Origin: Candidatus Omnitrophota bacterium
Lineage (GTDB): Bacteria; Omnitrophota; Gorgyraeia; Gygaellales; Profunditerraquicolaceae
DNA: 64,000 nucleotides
Assembly (NCBI GenBank): GCA_028712255.1
Contig: JAQTQJ010000009.1
Location: 13,977 to 77,976, forward strand
Reading direction: 5' to 3'
Positions 41,206 through 50,695 of this stretch are shown piece by piece. The notes beneath the pieces were generated by a model. That model saw only the letters and a list, made by a program, of their open reading frames with translations. It searched no databases and was not told where the DNA came from. The translations under genes were made by a program, and so were the position numbers. Every line of letters begins with the position of its first letter. The stretch's first letter is position 1.

Positions 41206-41872
41206 GCAAAAGGCAATAGCATCCTGGAGCGGAGGTAAAGACAGCTGTTTGGCTTGTTATAAGGCAATACAGCAGGGGTATGATGTAAAGCTGCTTTTAA
41301 ATTTTGTCTCACGGGAATCAAAGCGCGGATGTTTTCATGGGATTGAGGGAAGGTTGCTTAAGCATCAGGCGGATTTAATCGGGATTCCTTTGGCGCAAAA
41401 AGAAGTTAGCCCGGATATGGAAAAATATGAGGAGGAATTTAAAGCTGCGGTAACCCAGCTGCGGGGCAAAGATATCGGTTCGATGGTGTTCGGGGATATA
41501 TATTTATTAGAGCATGAAAGTTGGATTGAACGGGTATGTAAAGATTTGAATATTAATGCATTAGAGCCACTTTGGAATAATCCTACAGAAAATATTATCG
41601 ATGATTTTTTAAAAGCAGGATTTAAAGCAGTTATTGTTAGCTGTAAGGCAGATGTAATGGGCAAGGAATATCTTGGCCGTTATATTGATAGAAGCCTGGT
41701 TGAAGAACTTAAGAATAAAGGAATTTGTCCCTGTGGGGAGAAAGGAGAATTTCATACTTTAGTGGTTGATGGGCCGATATTCAGCAAGCCCATTGAAATA
41801 TTAGAAGCAGAACCTGTAATTAAGGAAAGTTTTTGGAAACATTGGTTTTTAGATATTAAAAAATACGGTTAA
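41198..41872 (+). CDS. DUF71 / COG2102 PP-loop ATPase (Dph6/MJ0570-like ATP pyrophosphatase)
   Basis: N-terminal SWSGGKDS PP-loop. Sits between cobS and a second B12 riboswitch/btuB-like receptor. Confidence 0.6.
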   Translation: MDKQKAIASWSGGKDSCLACYKAIQQGYDVKLLLNFVSRESKRGCFHGIEGRLLKHQADLIGIPLAQKEVSPDMEKYEEEFKAAVTQLRGKDIGSMVFGDIYLLEHESWIERVCKDLNINALEPLWNNPTENIIDDFLKAGFKAVIVSCKADVMGKEYLGRYIDRSLVEELKNKGICPCGEKGEFHTLVVDGPIFSKPIEILEAEPVIKESFWKHWFLDIKKYG

Positions 41873-41884
41873 AATTTCTAAGGA

Positions 41885-42012
41885 TACAAAACCGGATAGG
41901 TGAAGGAAGTCTTGGTAAAATTCCAGGCGCTGTTGCGCAACGGTAAACACCTGATATTTTAAGGAGTAGCCCGGTCGATCACCTGTTGGCAGGTAAGTAC
42001 TCTCGCAGAAAG
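41885..42012 (+). promoter_or_regulatory. probable second cobalamin riboswitch
   Basis: GGTGAAGGAAG, GGTAAAATTCC, GCGCTGTTGCGCAACGGTAAA and a divergent B12-box-like AGCCCGG...ACCTG. Directly upstream of the TonB-dependent receptor. Confidence 0.5.
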
Positions 42013-42025
42013 AGAAAGGATTGTA

Positions 42026-43873
42026 ATGAAAAAAAATATAAAGAATCTAGTTGTTTCGGCAATATTGTTTTTTGTCTTATCGGGTGTTGCCAGTGCAGGC
42101 GATATTGAATTAGATAAAATCGTAGTTACCCCTTCTAGAGTAGAAGAATCTTCAGGAGATACCGGCCGCACAGTTGATGTAGTTACCTCGGCAAATATAG
42201 AAAAAAGCGGAACACAAGATTTAGCCGGGGCTCTTACCGATTTAACCTCTGTTAATATAAGTACCTATGGAGGGTCAAATGCAACAAAATCAATAAGAAT
42301 GCGCGGCTCTACCGCGGCTCAAGTTTTAGTTTTGATGGATGGCAGGCCGCTGAATAACCCCAGGGATGGTGAAGTAGATTTGTCAACTATACCTTTAGAT
42401 AATATAAGCAGAGTTGAGGTTATGCATGGGCCTGGCTCAAGCTTATATGGTAGCTCGGCAATGGGGGGAGTGGTTAATATTATTACCAAAAGTCCTCCTA
42501 AGCAAGGCCAGAAGGTTGAGGCATATTCGAGTTTTGGCACTGCGCGGACTTATGTTGAGCGCCTGTTATACGGGGCAAATATCTCAAAGTTTTCCTACCT
42601 TATTAGCGGGGGATATCAAAGTTCCCAAGGTTTTAGGGAGAATTCCGAACTAAATGCTAAAGATTGTAATCTTAAATTAGGATATGACCTTAACAACGAA
42701 AATAATTTAATTTTGAATTCTGGTTTTTATAAAAGTAAAGTAGGCGCGCCAGGGTCAATAAGTTTTTTTGATCCAGATGATAAACAGAATACGCTGAAGC
42801 GTTTTTTTGATTTTAGTTGGAATTTTAAGCCGGATGAGCAGACGGGGTTCTTGGCTAAGGCTTATCAGAATTATGACAGGTTGGAATTTATGGAAAATGG
42901 CGCCCAGCAGATATGGGAGGTCGCCAACCAGAAAGATATTCACGCTACTACTGTAAGAGGGGTTGATTTACAATTTGATAAACAATTATTAGACAAATAT
43001 AGATTGGTTTGCGGATTTAGTAATGTAAAAAATATGAATGATAGCACGACAAGCGCAAAACATGAATATAGTGTAATTTCCGGTTACCTGGAAAATCACT
43101 TGGATTTATTAGATAAGAAGTTAAATGTTGATTTGAGCGTTCGTCTGGATGATTACTCTAATCTGGATACTGAAATTAATCCTAGCTTCAGCATGCTTTA
43201 TAGCTTTAATGATAGTTTAAAATTTCACGGTTTAATTAGTCGATCTTTTCGTGCGCCTACATTTAATGATTTATATTGGCCTAATGACGGAATGAGCGTG
43301 GGCAATCCTAAATTAAAACCGGAAAAAGGGATTACTGAAGAGTTAGGGGCTGAAGCAATAATTAATAAGTATATTACCTCAGGCCTGACTTATTATCGTA
43401 GTGAATATAAACAGCTTATACAGTGGTCTATTACTGATAGTGGTTTATATCAGCCTCAAAATATCAGCTCCGCTGTAATTGATGGAATAGAACTTGCAAA
43501 TAAAATATCAATTTCGGATAATTTCGATTTAAATCTTGATTATACATATCTGATGGCCAGAGATGAGAAAACTCATAAGTATCTTGTTTATCAACCAGCG
43601 AATAAGGTTGATTCTTCTTTAAAATTCCATGATCTTAACGGGTTAACGATGGAATTAAGAGCTCAATTTACCGGGCAGAGATTTGCTGATGCTGATAATA
43701 ATAGCAAGGTTAAGGATTTTTTTGTTCTTGGGTTTAGCGTATCCAAGAAATTTAAGCCGGGACTTACTTGTTTTGCGGCGATAGATAACCTTTTAAATCG
43801 TAAATATCAGGTTATTCAGGGCTATCCTATGCCGGGTTTTTCTTTTACAGGCGGTCTAAAAGCCGAATTCTAG
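42026..43873 (+). CDS. TonB-dependent outer membrane receptor (BtuB-like)
   Basis: Signal peptide, TonB box-like DKIVVT, plug and barrel, terminal aromatic residue. Confidence 0.85.
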   Translation: MKKNIKNLVVSAILFFVLSGVASAGDIELDKIVVTPSRVEESSGDTGRTVDVVTSANIEKSGTQDLAGALTDLTSVNISTYGGSNATKSIRMRGSTAAQVLVLMDGRPLNNPRDGEVDLSTIPLDNISRVEVMHGPGSSLYGSSAMGGVVNIITKSPPKQGQKVEAYSSFGTARTYVERLLYGANISKFSYLISGGYQSSQGFRENSELNAKDCNLKLGYDLNNENNLILNSGFYKSKVGAPGSISFFDPDDKQNTLKRFFDFSWNFKPDEQTGFLAKAYQNYDRLEFMENGAQQIWEVANQKDIHATTVRGVDLQFDKQLLDKYRLVCGFSNVKNMNDSTTSAKHEYSVISGYLENHLDLLDKKLNVDLSVRLDDYSNLDTEINPSFSMLYSFNDSLKFHGLISRSFRAPTFNDLYWPNDGMSVGNPKLKPEKGITEELGAEAIINKYITSGLTYYRSEYKQLIQWSITDSGLYQPQNISSAVIDGIELANKISISDNFDLNLDYTYLMARDEKTHKYLVYQPANKVDSSLKFHDLNGLTMELRAQFTGQRFADADNNSKVKDFFVLGFSVSKKFKPGLTCFAAIDNLLNRKYQVIQGYPMPGFSFTGGLKAEF

Positions 43874-43993
43874 TAAAAAAAAGGGGAATGTGCCAGAAAA
43901 GGCGACCATTAGTAGGGGGTGTTCCCTAAGAGGATGTTTCCCTTAAGTTAGGCTTGTCTTGAAAGATTAATCTGAGTGTGTTAAAATCTTTCT

Positions 43994-44698
43994 ATGCCAT
44001 CCAATCAAATTTTACGTTTTACTTTCGCTGTGTCTATGATTGCGCACAGTGCAATTATTTTTCATAGCCCGAACCTTAATCCTTTTTCTCCTGCTCCAAA
44101 AAAGCAGGAAATAGAAGTACGTTATATTAAAGAAAAGCTGCAGGTTAAACCGTTGAATAAAGCTTTGTCAAAAACAGCCCTACAAGGGCAGTCTTTTAAG
44201 TCGGATCCTTTTCTAAGACTCGATAACCAGATTATTGCTGGAAACAGAGTTCCTCCACCATATATTGAACAGAGTAGTATTTATAAGAGGCAAGAAGCAT
44301 CTTTGAATAAAACCTTGGTAATTCCTAAGCCAACTTTTGCCAGTCCGGATCTAATAGCGATAAAAAGAAAGATTACCTTGCCGCCAATAGAGATGGCTAA
44401 AATTGATAACCCAAGCTATATAACTTATTACCAGATTGTTAGGGAGAAGATTCGCCGGAGTGCTTATCAAAATTATACTCATAATGAGACGGGAGAAGTT
44501 TATATTTCTTTTATAATTTCCAATGATGGCTTTATCAAAGACATACGTATGATTGAAGAGAAAACTACTGTTAATGACTACTTAAGAAGTGTTGCCTTAA
44601 GAAGCGTAAGAGATGCCTCGCCTTTCCCTAATTTTCCAAAAGAATTGGATTATCCCCAGCTGTCTTTTAATATCATAATTTCCTTCGAAATGGAATAG
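43994..44698 (+). CDS. TonB-like energy transducer (N-terminal TM anchor, TonB C-terminal domain)
   Basis: N-terminal hydrophobic segment, central proline-containing linker, C-terminal ~90 aa TonB_C-like. Confidence 0.5.
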   Translation: MPSNQILRFTFAVSMIAHSAIIFHSPNLNPFSPAPKKQEIEVRYIKEKLQVKPLNKALSKTALQGQSFKSDPFLRLDNQIIAGNRVPPPYIEQSSIYKRQEASLNKTLVIPKPTFASPDLIAIKRKITLPPIEMAKIDNPSYITYYQIVREKIRRSAYQNYTHNETGEVYISFIISNDGFIKDIRMIEEKTTVNDYLRSVALRSVRDASPFPNFPKELDYPQLSFNIIISFEME

Positions 44699-44717
44699 AT
44701 TTTTTAAGCTGTTATCA

Positions 44718-44746
44718 TTGACACTTTTTTAAAATAATGGTATATT
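44718..44746 (+). promoter_or_regulatory. sigma70-type promoter with extended -10 (drives rpsU)
   Basis: TTGACA (44718-23), 17-nt spacer, TGgTATATT (44738-46). 38 nt upstream of the rpsU TTG start. Confidence 0.6.
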
Positions 44747-44783
44747 ATTTACTTAAAATTACCAATGAAAGGAGATGATTATA

Positions 44784-44945
44784 TTGACTCAGGTCGAAGT
44801 AAAAAGAGATGAATCTTTTGAATCTGCTCTGCGCCGCTTTAAGAAAAAGATTGAGCAGGAGGGGATTTTGCGGGAAGTCCGCGACCGTAAACATTACGAA
44901 AAACCCAGTGAACGCAAAAGAAAGAAAGCCAAAGCTAGAAAATAA
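44784..44945 (+). CDS. rpsU: 30S ribosomal protein S21
   Basis: 53 aa: [56 protein letters not shown] start 9 nt after GGAG. Not in the ORF track, which lists no ORF under 60 aa. Confidence 0.85.
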   Translation: MTQVEVKRDESFESALRRFKKKIEQEGILREVRDRKHYEKPSERKRKKAKARK

Positions 44946-44947
44946 GC

Positions 44948-45772
44948 ATGAGTTCTCAGAGTAATCTTCGTAAGCCTGCTGTAGCCGGGCAATTTTATCC
45001 GTCAAGCGCAGAAGGCCTTAATTCAATGATCGCTTCTTTTGCGGATACGAAAACGCAGAAAAGTGATTGTTTAGGAGTAATCCTTCCTCATGCTGGATAT
45101 ATCTATTCCGGAAAAGTCGCTACCCAGATTATCTCTGGAATAAATATAAAAGAAAATATAGTTCTTCTGGGGCCCAATCATACAGGCCGGGGGGCTGTTT
45201 TTAGCATAATGACTCAAGGATCTTGGCAGACTCCGTTGGGTAACTTAGAGATTAATTCTAAACTTGCAAATTTATTATTGAGCAAATCCAGATTCTTGAA
45301 AAATGACTCCTTAGCGCACCAGGATGAGCATTCCTTAGAAGTTGAGCTGCCTATATTACAATATTTCAGGAGAGACTTTAAGATTGTTCCAATTGCTATG
45401 ATGACTGATGATTTGTCTATGCTTAGTGAAGTGGCGGAAAGTTTAGCAGAGGTAATTAATGAGAACGATCTTAAAAATTCTACCATGTTTATTGCCAGTT
45501 CAGATATGACACATTATGAATCGCAAAAGAGCGCGCAAAGTAAAGATGCGCTGGCAATTGAAGCGATAGTTACTTTAGATGAATATAGGTTAGAATTACT
45601 TGTTAAGAAACTGAGTATTTCTATGTGTGGTTTTGCTCCGGTTGCAGTTTTAATAAAAGCAGCTAAGCTGCTCGGAGCTAAAGGGGCTAAGTTAATTAAA
45701 TATCAAACTAGCGGCGATGCCACTGGTGATACAAGCAGTGTCGTAGGCTATGCCGGAATCACAATTTATTAA
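44948..45772 (+). CDS. MEMO1-family protein (AmmeMemoRadiSam system protein B-like)
   Basis: Memo signature VAGQFYP...ILPHAGYIYSG. Confidence 0.8.
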   Translation: MSSQSNLRKPAVAGQFYPSSAEGLNSMIASFADTKTQKSDCLGVILPHAGYIYSGKVATQIISGINIKENIVLLGPNHTGRGAVFSIMTQGSWQTPLGNLEINSKLANLLLSKSRFLKNDSLAHQDEHSLEVELPILQYFRRDFKIVPIAMMTDDLSMLSEVAESLAEVINENDLKNSTMFIASSDMTHYESQKSAQSKDALAIEAIVTLDEYRLELLVKKLSISMCGFAPVAVLIKAAKLLGAKGAKLIKYQTSGDATGDTSSVVGYAGITIY

Positions 45773-45775
45773 ACT

Positions 45776-46165
45776 ATGGATGAGATAAATAAATCAGAGA
45801 ATAACGGTTTGGCTTCTGATACTCAAAATCGGAAAAAAATTGATGAAAGCTGGAAACAGGCAGTAGAAAAAGAAAAGCAGGAGCCGCAAGATAAAAAAGG
45901 TTTTGTTCCTCCTGAAGCAGATTTTAAATTTTTTATCACCACTTTGACTCTCCAGGCTTCTATTGCCCTGGGACATATGGCAAATCCATCAAGCGGTAAG
46001 GTTGAGAAAGATCCTGCTCAAGCAAAATTCCTTATTGATACATTAGCCATGTTAGAGGAGAAGACCAAAGGTAATCTTACCAAGGAAGAGATGGATCTAT
46101 TAGAGAATTTACTTTACGAGCTGAGAGTAGCCTATCTTGCCAAAGAAGAGGATAAGCCTAAATGA
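45776..46165 (+). CDS. DUF1844-like hypothetical protein
   Basis: 129 aa acidic/K-rich protein of a conserved uncharacterised family. Assignment by recall only. Confidence 0.4.
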   Translation: MDEINKSENNGLASDTQNRKKIDESWKQAVEKEKQEPQDKKGFVPPEADFKFFITTLTLQASIALGHMANPSSGKVEKDPAQAKFLIDTLAMLEEKTKGNLTKEEMDLLENLLYELRVAYLAKEEDKPK

Positions 46166-46314
46166 TCGATAAAGAGTTGCTTGATATTTTGGTTTGCCCT
46201 GCTTGTAAAGGGGATGTGGAATTAAAAGCAAGAAAAATAGTTTGTAAAAAATGCGGTAAAACTTATCCGGTGTCCGACGGAATCCCGATTATGTTAATTG
46301 ATCAGGCACAATGA
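46162..46314 (+). CDS. Trm112-like small zinc-ribbon protein
   Basis: 50 aa: [11 protein letters not shown]...[22 protein letters not shown]. Overlaps both neighbours by 4 nt (ATGA). Confidence 0.7.
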   Translation: MIDKELLDILVCPACKGDVELKARKIVCKKCGKTYPVSDGIPIMLIDQAQ

Positions 46315-46754
46315 TAAAGATTTTGGTTATTCACGGCCCTAATCTTGATCTTCTTGGGAGGAGGGAACCGGCAATTTACGGCCACATAACTTTAGCCAAG
46401 ATCAATCAGATGCTCAAAATCGAGGCTAAGAAAAATAAAGTTACTTTGGTAATCAAGCAATCTAATCATGAAGGCGCTATCGTAGATTTAATTGGTAAGG
46501 CTAAAAAAAATAAATTCCAAGGTATTTTGATTAATCCGGCTGCTTACACCCATACAAGCGTTGCTGTCCGCGATGCTATAGCTGGTTGTGGATTGAACGC
46601 GGTGGAGGTGCATCTTTCCAATATTTATTCCCGCGAGGAGTTTAGGCATAAGTCACTGATTAGCCCTGTAGCAAGCGGTACCATTCTGGGGTTTGGCGCC
46701 AAAAGCTATTTACTGGGCTTGGCCGCTCTTCTTGACTTAATCAATAAAAAATGA
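46311..46754 (+). CDS. aroQ: 3-dehydroquinate dehydratase type II
   Basis: 147 aa. Starts [19 protein letters not shown] and contains HLSNIYSRE. Confidence 0.9.
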   Translation: MIKILVIHGPNLDLLGRREPAIYGHITLAKINQMLKIEAKKNKVTLVIKQSNHEGAIVDLIGKAKKNKFQGILINPAAYTHTSVAVRDAIAGCGLNAVEVHLSNIYSREEFRHKSLISPVASGTILGFGAKSYLLGLAALLDLINKK

Positions 46755-47812
46755 ATTATCGTTTGAGAAGTATATATCCTGTGTTAAAGCAGAGAAACCT
46801 TGATGCTTTATTAGTGACTTGCCCGGCTAATATATCATATTTGGCGCAAGCGCAAAGCCGGGATTCCTATCTTTTGGTTTCTCCAAAAGAAAATATCTAT
46901 TTTACTGATTCCCGTTATACTGAAGAAGCAAAGATTTTTTTAAAAGGCCAGGCTACTCTTAAAGAGTGTAATGGCCGCGTTTTCTGGCACATTGCTCAAT
47001 CAATTCTTGATTTGAAGTTAGAGAGGGTAGGTTTTGAGGAAAGGAATTTGCCATTTGCGGAGTTTAACAGGATTAAGGAGTATGCAGTAGGAAGTTTCAA
47101 TCTGATTCCTACGCATAGCATAGTAGAAGATAAAAGGGTTGTTAAAGACCCCCAAGAAATCATGAGGATCAAAAAAGCTACCAGTATAACTGCTTTAGCT
47201 TTGGAATATATCGGACAATTTATTGTTCCAGGAATAAAAGAGATAGAGATTGTAGCTGAATTTGAACGTTTCATAAGGTATCAGGGTGCTGGTGGCCCTG
47301 CATTTGATATAATCGTGGCCAGCGGGCCAAATTCAAGCCGTCCACATCATATATCTGGAGAAAGAAAGCTTAAAAATAATGAACCCGTGCTTATTGACCT
47401 GGGAGTTGATTATCAGGGCTATAAATCTGACTTGACAAGGGTTTTCTTTTTGGGTAAAATAAATATTCTTGTGCGGAAGGTTTACGACATTGTTCTTACT
47501 GCTCAAGAATTAGCTATAAAAAGAATTCGGCCCGGAGCAGAAATGGCTCAAATTGATAGAGTTGCGCGTTCTTACATAGCTAAAAAAGGTTATCGTAAGT
47601 ATTTTACCCATAATTTAGGGCATGGTTTTGGTATTGAGGTACATGAAGATCCGCGGATTTCAGGTAACGAAACCAGCGCACTTAAGCCGGGGATGATTTT
47701 TACGGTGGAACCGGGGATCTATTTACCTGGAAAATTCGGAATAAGAATCGAAGATATGGTTTTAATAACAAGAAAAGGATGCGAGGTGTTAAGTGGCTCT
47801 ATCAATAAATGA
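46751..47812 (+). CDS. pepP: Xaa-Pro aminopeptidase (M24B)
   Basis: 353 aa with creatinase N-domain and M24 C-domain. Confidence 0.85.
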   Translation: MNYRLRSIYPVLKQRNLDALLVTCPANISYLAQAQSRDSYLLVSPKENIYFTDSRYTEEAKIFLKGQATLKECNGRVFWHIAQSILDLKLERVGFEERNLPFAEFNRIKEYAVGSFNLIPTHSIVEDKRVVKDPQEIMRIKKATSITALALEYIGQFIVPGIKEIEIVAEFERFIRYQGAGGPAFDIIVASGPNSSRPHHISGERKLKNNEPVLIDLGVDYQGYKSDLTRVFFLGKINILVRKVYDIVLTAQELAIKRIRPGAEMAQIDRVARSYIAKKGYRKYFTHNLGHGFGIEVHEDPRISGNETSALKPGMIFTVEPGIYLPGKFGIRIEDMVLITRKGCEVLSGSINK

Positions 47813-48359
47813 AATTAAATCAGGGGTAACTATTTTAGTCGATGGTGATGTCTACGTTTGCCTTGACGCTCAGCATGTCAAGCCCGGTAAGGGGGCAGCT
47901 TTTGTGCGAGCGCGCCTGCGTAATATGAAAAATAATAATATCCAGGAGAAAACCTTCCGCGGAGATGATAAGATAGAACAGGCTTTTATTGAGGAACGAA
48001 AGTTGCAATATCAATATTCAAGCGGTGGGATGTTCCATTTTATGGATACTGAAAATTTTGAAGAGATTGCTATTTCGCAAGAGAGTGTTGGAGATAATGC
48101 CAAACTCCTGAAGGATAATCTTGAGATTCAGGGTTATTTTTATAAAGGCCAGACCTTATCCATTACTTTGCCCAATTTTATTGAATTCAATATTATCGAA
48201 ACTGAGCCGGGTATAAAAGGCGATTCATCAAAGAGTGGGACAAAACCTGCTACTGTTGATACCGGCACAACTATCCAGGTTCCTTTATTTATTAATGTAG
48301 GAGACAAGATCAAAGTAGACACGCGAACCGGTGGCACCTATGTTGAGAGGATTAATTGA
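47793..48359 (+). CDS. efp: elongation factor P
   Basis: 188 aa with KPGKG loop and three OB-like domains. Confidence 0.9.
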   Translation: MALSINEIKSGVTILVDGDVYVCLDAQHVKPGKGAAFVRARLRNMKNNNIQEKTFRGDDKIEQAFIEERKLQYQYSSGGMFHFMDTENFEEIAISQESVGDNAKLLKDNLEIQGYFYKGQTLSITLPNFIEFNIIETEPGIKGDSSKSGTKPATVDTGTTIQVPLFINVGDKIKVDTRTGGTYVERIN

Positions 48360-48480
48360 GTTTAAACTCTAAATAAGCTCTAAGCCATAAGCGATAAGCT
48401 GTAAGCTTACAGCTTAAAACTTACAACTTAAAGCTTTTGTTTTGAAGTTTTGAGTTTTAGTGTTTTAGAATTTAAGGATT
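48360..48480. repeat. TAAGC-hexamer / AAGCTT-palindrome intergenic repeat, copy C, plus GTTTTRAG octamer tandem
   Basis: AAATAAGCTCTAAGCCATAAGCGATAAGCTGTAAGCTTACAGCTTAAAACTTACAACTTAAAGCTT, including the 20-nt perfect palindrome AAGCTGTAAGCTTACAGCTT (48396-48415). Followed by GTTTTGAAGTTTTGAGTTTTAGTGTTTTAG. Confidence 0.65.
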
Positions 48481-48507
48481 ATTAACAAATAAGAAAGAAG
48501 GTGTGGG

Positions 48508-48963
48508 GTGAACATTAAAGAGATCAAAGAAATGATTAATTTAATGAATGAGAATAGCCTTGCTGAATTGGAGGTAGAGAAGGATGGTATGCGTATCCGC
48601 CTTAAAAAAACAGCCAGCGGTTTTGAGGGTTTCGAAGGCCCGGTTCTTTTACAGGGACAAGGTGTAGCTAATCAGCCTAAGGTTGGGGGAATACAGGAGC
48701 CCATAGAGAAGAATGAAATTAAAACAGTTGAGATTAAATCTCCTATGGTGGGCACATTCTACCGGGCACCAAATCCTGAAGCCCCTGCTTATGTAGAGGT
48801 TGGACAGAATATCGAACCGGGCCAGGTAATTTGTATTATTGAAGCGATGAAATTAATGAATGAGATAAAATCAGAGATTAAAGGCAAGATTCTTGAGATA
48901 CTAGTGGATAACGCTGAGCCGGTAGAATTTGGCCAGCCTTTATTTCTTATCGAGCCACTTTAG
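48508..48963 (+). CDS. accB: acetyl-CoA carboxylase biotin carboxyl carrier protein
   Basis: C-terminal biotinyl domain with EAMKLMNEI. GTG start. Confidence 0.85.
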   Translation: MNIKEIKEMINLMNENSLAELEVEKDGMRIRLKKTASGFEGFEGPVLLQGQGVANQPKVGGIQEPIEKNEIKTVEIKSPMVGTFYRAPNPEAPAYVEVGQNIEPGQVICIIEAMKLMNEIKSEIKGKILEILVDNAEPVEFGQPLFLIEPL

Positions 48964-48973
48964 TCAATAAACG

Positions 48974-50335
48974 ATGTTTTCTAAGATTCTCATTGCTAAC
49001 CGAGGCGAAATCGCCTTAAGAATAATCCGCGCCTGTCATGAGATAGGTATTCGTACTGTAGCTGTTTATTCTCAGGCGGACCGCAATAGCCTGCATGTGC
49101 GTTTTGCCGATGAGGCAATTTGCATCGGCCAGGCGTCTTCCACTAATAGTTATTTAAATATCCCCGCCATTATCAGTGCAGCTGAAATCACCGATGTCGA
49201 AGCAATACATCCTGGGTATGGGTTTTTAGCTGAAAATGCTCATTTTGCTGAAATATGTCAATCCTGTAAAATTACATTTATCGGGCCAACTCCTGAGAAT
49301 ATGCGCCTTATGGGTGATAAGATGGCTGCCCGCACCACAATGCAAAAGGCGGGGTTACCAATAGTTCCTGGAAGCCGGGAAGTTATTAAAAATAAGGAAG
49401 AGGCGCTTAAAACTGCCAAGTCAATTGGTTATCCTATAATTATCAAAGCGGCAGCCGGTGGCGGTGGCAAGGGTATGCGTATTTGCCACAATGATTTAAC
49501 TTTAGTTTCCAGTTTATTAACTGCTCAGACCGAAGCAGAAGCAAATTTTGGTAATTCCAGCGTTTACATTGAAAAATATATTGAAAGGCCGCGCCATATT
49601 GAAGTGCAGATAATTGCTGATGCTTCAGGCCATATTGTACAGTTAGGGGAAAGAGATTGTAGTATTCAGAGGAGGCATCAGAAATTACTCGAAGAATCCC
49701 CATCGCCTGCAGTAGATAGTAAGATGCGCCGTAAATTAGGTGAATTGGTTTTAAAAGGGATGAAATCAATTGGTTATGTTAGTTGTGGAACGATTGAGTT
49801 TTTGCTTGATGAAAAAACCGGCAATTTTTATTTTATGGAGATGAACACGCGGATTCAGGTAGAGCATCCGGTTACCGAAATGGTTTGTGGTATAGATTTG
49901 ATTAAAGAGCAGATCCGGGTTGCTGCCGGAGAGAAACTTAAATTCACCCAGGAAAGTATTCAGCTTAAAGGAGCGGCAATTGAATGCCGCATTAATGCTG
50001 AGGATCCAGATAATAATTTTATGCCTTGTCCCGGAAAGATTGAAACCTTAGTTCTTCCTGGAGGGCCGAATGTCCGCGTAGATACACATATTTACGCCGG
50101 ATATGAAATACCTCCTTATTATGATTCTTTGGTGGCTAAACTTATTGTTTATGGCACTAACCGTCAGGAAGCGATCAAGACTATGCGCCGGGCTCTAAGT
50201 GAATTTTATATTGCTCCTATTAAAACCACCGCGCCATTTCATCTTAAACTAATGGATAACCCTTTGTTTCGAAGGGGTGATATCTCTACACATTTTGTAC
50301 AAGATTTATTAGTAAGCGAAGGGAAGCCAGAATAG
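48974..50335 (+). CDS. accC: biotin carboxylase
   Basis: 453 aa ATP-grasp fold with typical AccC termini. Confidence 0.93.
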   Translation: MFSKILIANRGEIALRIIRACHEIGIRTVAVYSQADRNSLHVRFADEAICIGQASSTNSYLNIPAIISAAEITDVEAIHPGYGFLAENAHFAEICQSCKITFIGPTPENMRLMGDKMAARTTMQKAGLPIVPGSREVIKNKEEALKTAKSIGYPIIIKAAAGGGGKGMRICHNDLTLVSSLLTAQTEAEANFGNSSVYIEKYIERPRHIEVQIIADASGHIVQLGERDCSIQRRHQKLLEESPSPAVDSKMRRKLGELVLKGMKSIGYVSCGTIEFLLDEKTGNFYFMEMNTRIQVEHPVTEMVCGIDLIKEQIRVAAGEKLKFTQESIQLKGAAIECRINAEDPDNNFMPCPGKIETLVLPGGPNVRVDTHIYAGYEIPPYYDSLVAKLIVYGTNRQEAIKTMRRALSEFYIAPIKTTAPFHLKLMDNPLFRRGDISTHFVQDLLVSEGKPE

Positions 50336-50695
50336 ATGAACCGTGATGAATCAAGGAATGATTTAGGAGTTGTTAAGATTCATAAAAATGTAATTTCATC
50401 CATCTCTTCTATTGCCGCTACGGAGATTGAAGGGGTCAAGCGGGTAGCCAGTAATTTAAAAAACGGTTTGCTTAAGGTTATTGGACAGAAATTCTCTTCG
50501 GCGATAAAAGTAGATATCTCTAAGAATGAAGAGGTAAAAGTTGAAATTCCTTTAATTATTAAATATGGTTATAATATTCCGGATGTTGCCTGCCGTGTGC
50601 AAGAAAATGTCCGTGCGGCACTAGAAAAGATGAGCAATCTTTCCGTAAAAGATATTAATATAAATGTGCGGGGCATAGAAAGGGGCGAGCAATGA
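50336..50695 (+). CDS. Asp23/Gls24-family (alkaline shock) protein
   Basis: 119 aa Asp23 family. Followed by an AmaP-like membrane anchor. Confidence 0.75.
   Translation: MNRDESRNDLGVVKIHKNVISSISSIAATEIEGVKRVASNLKNGLLKVIGQKFSSAIKVDISKNEEVKVEIPLIIKYGYNIPDVACRVQENVRAALEKMSNLSVKDININVRGIERGEQ

Noticed and set aside
43874-43993. Possible structured RNA between btuB-like and tonB-like genes
   Set aside because: Only weak, imperfect complementarity (GGGGAA.../GGGGGTGTTCCC). No convincing stem or conservation evidence.
48439-48468. GTTTTAG-containing repeats as a possible CRISPR array
   Set aside because: The units are 7-8 nt tandem repeats with no spacers. There are no 25-40 nt repeat/spacer periodicity and no cas genes.
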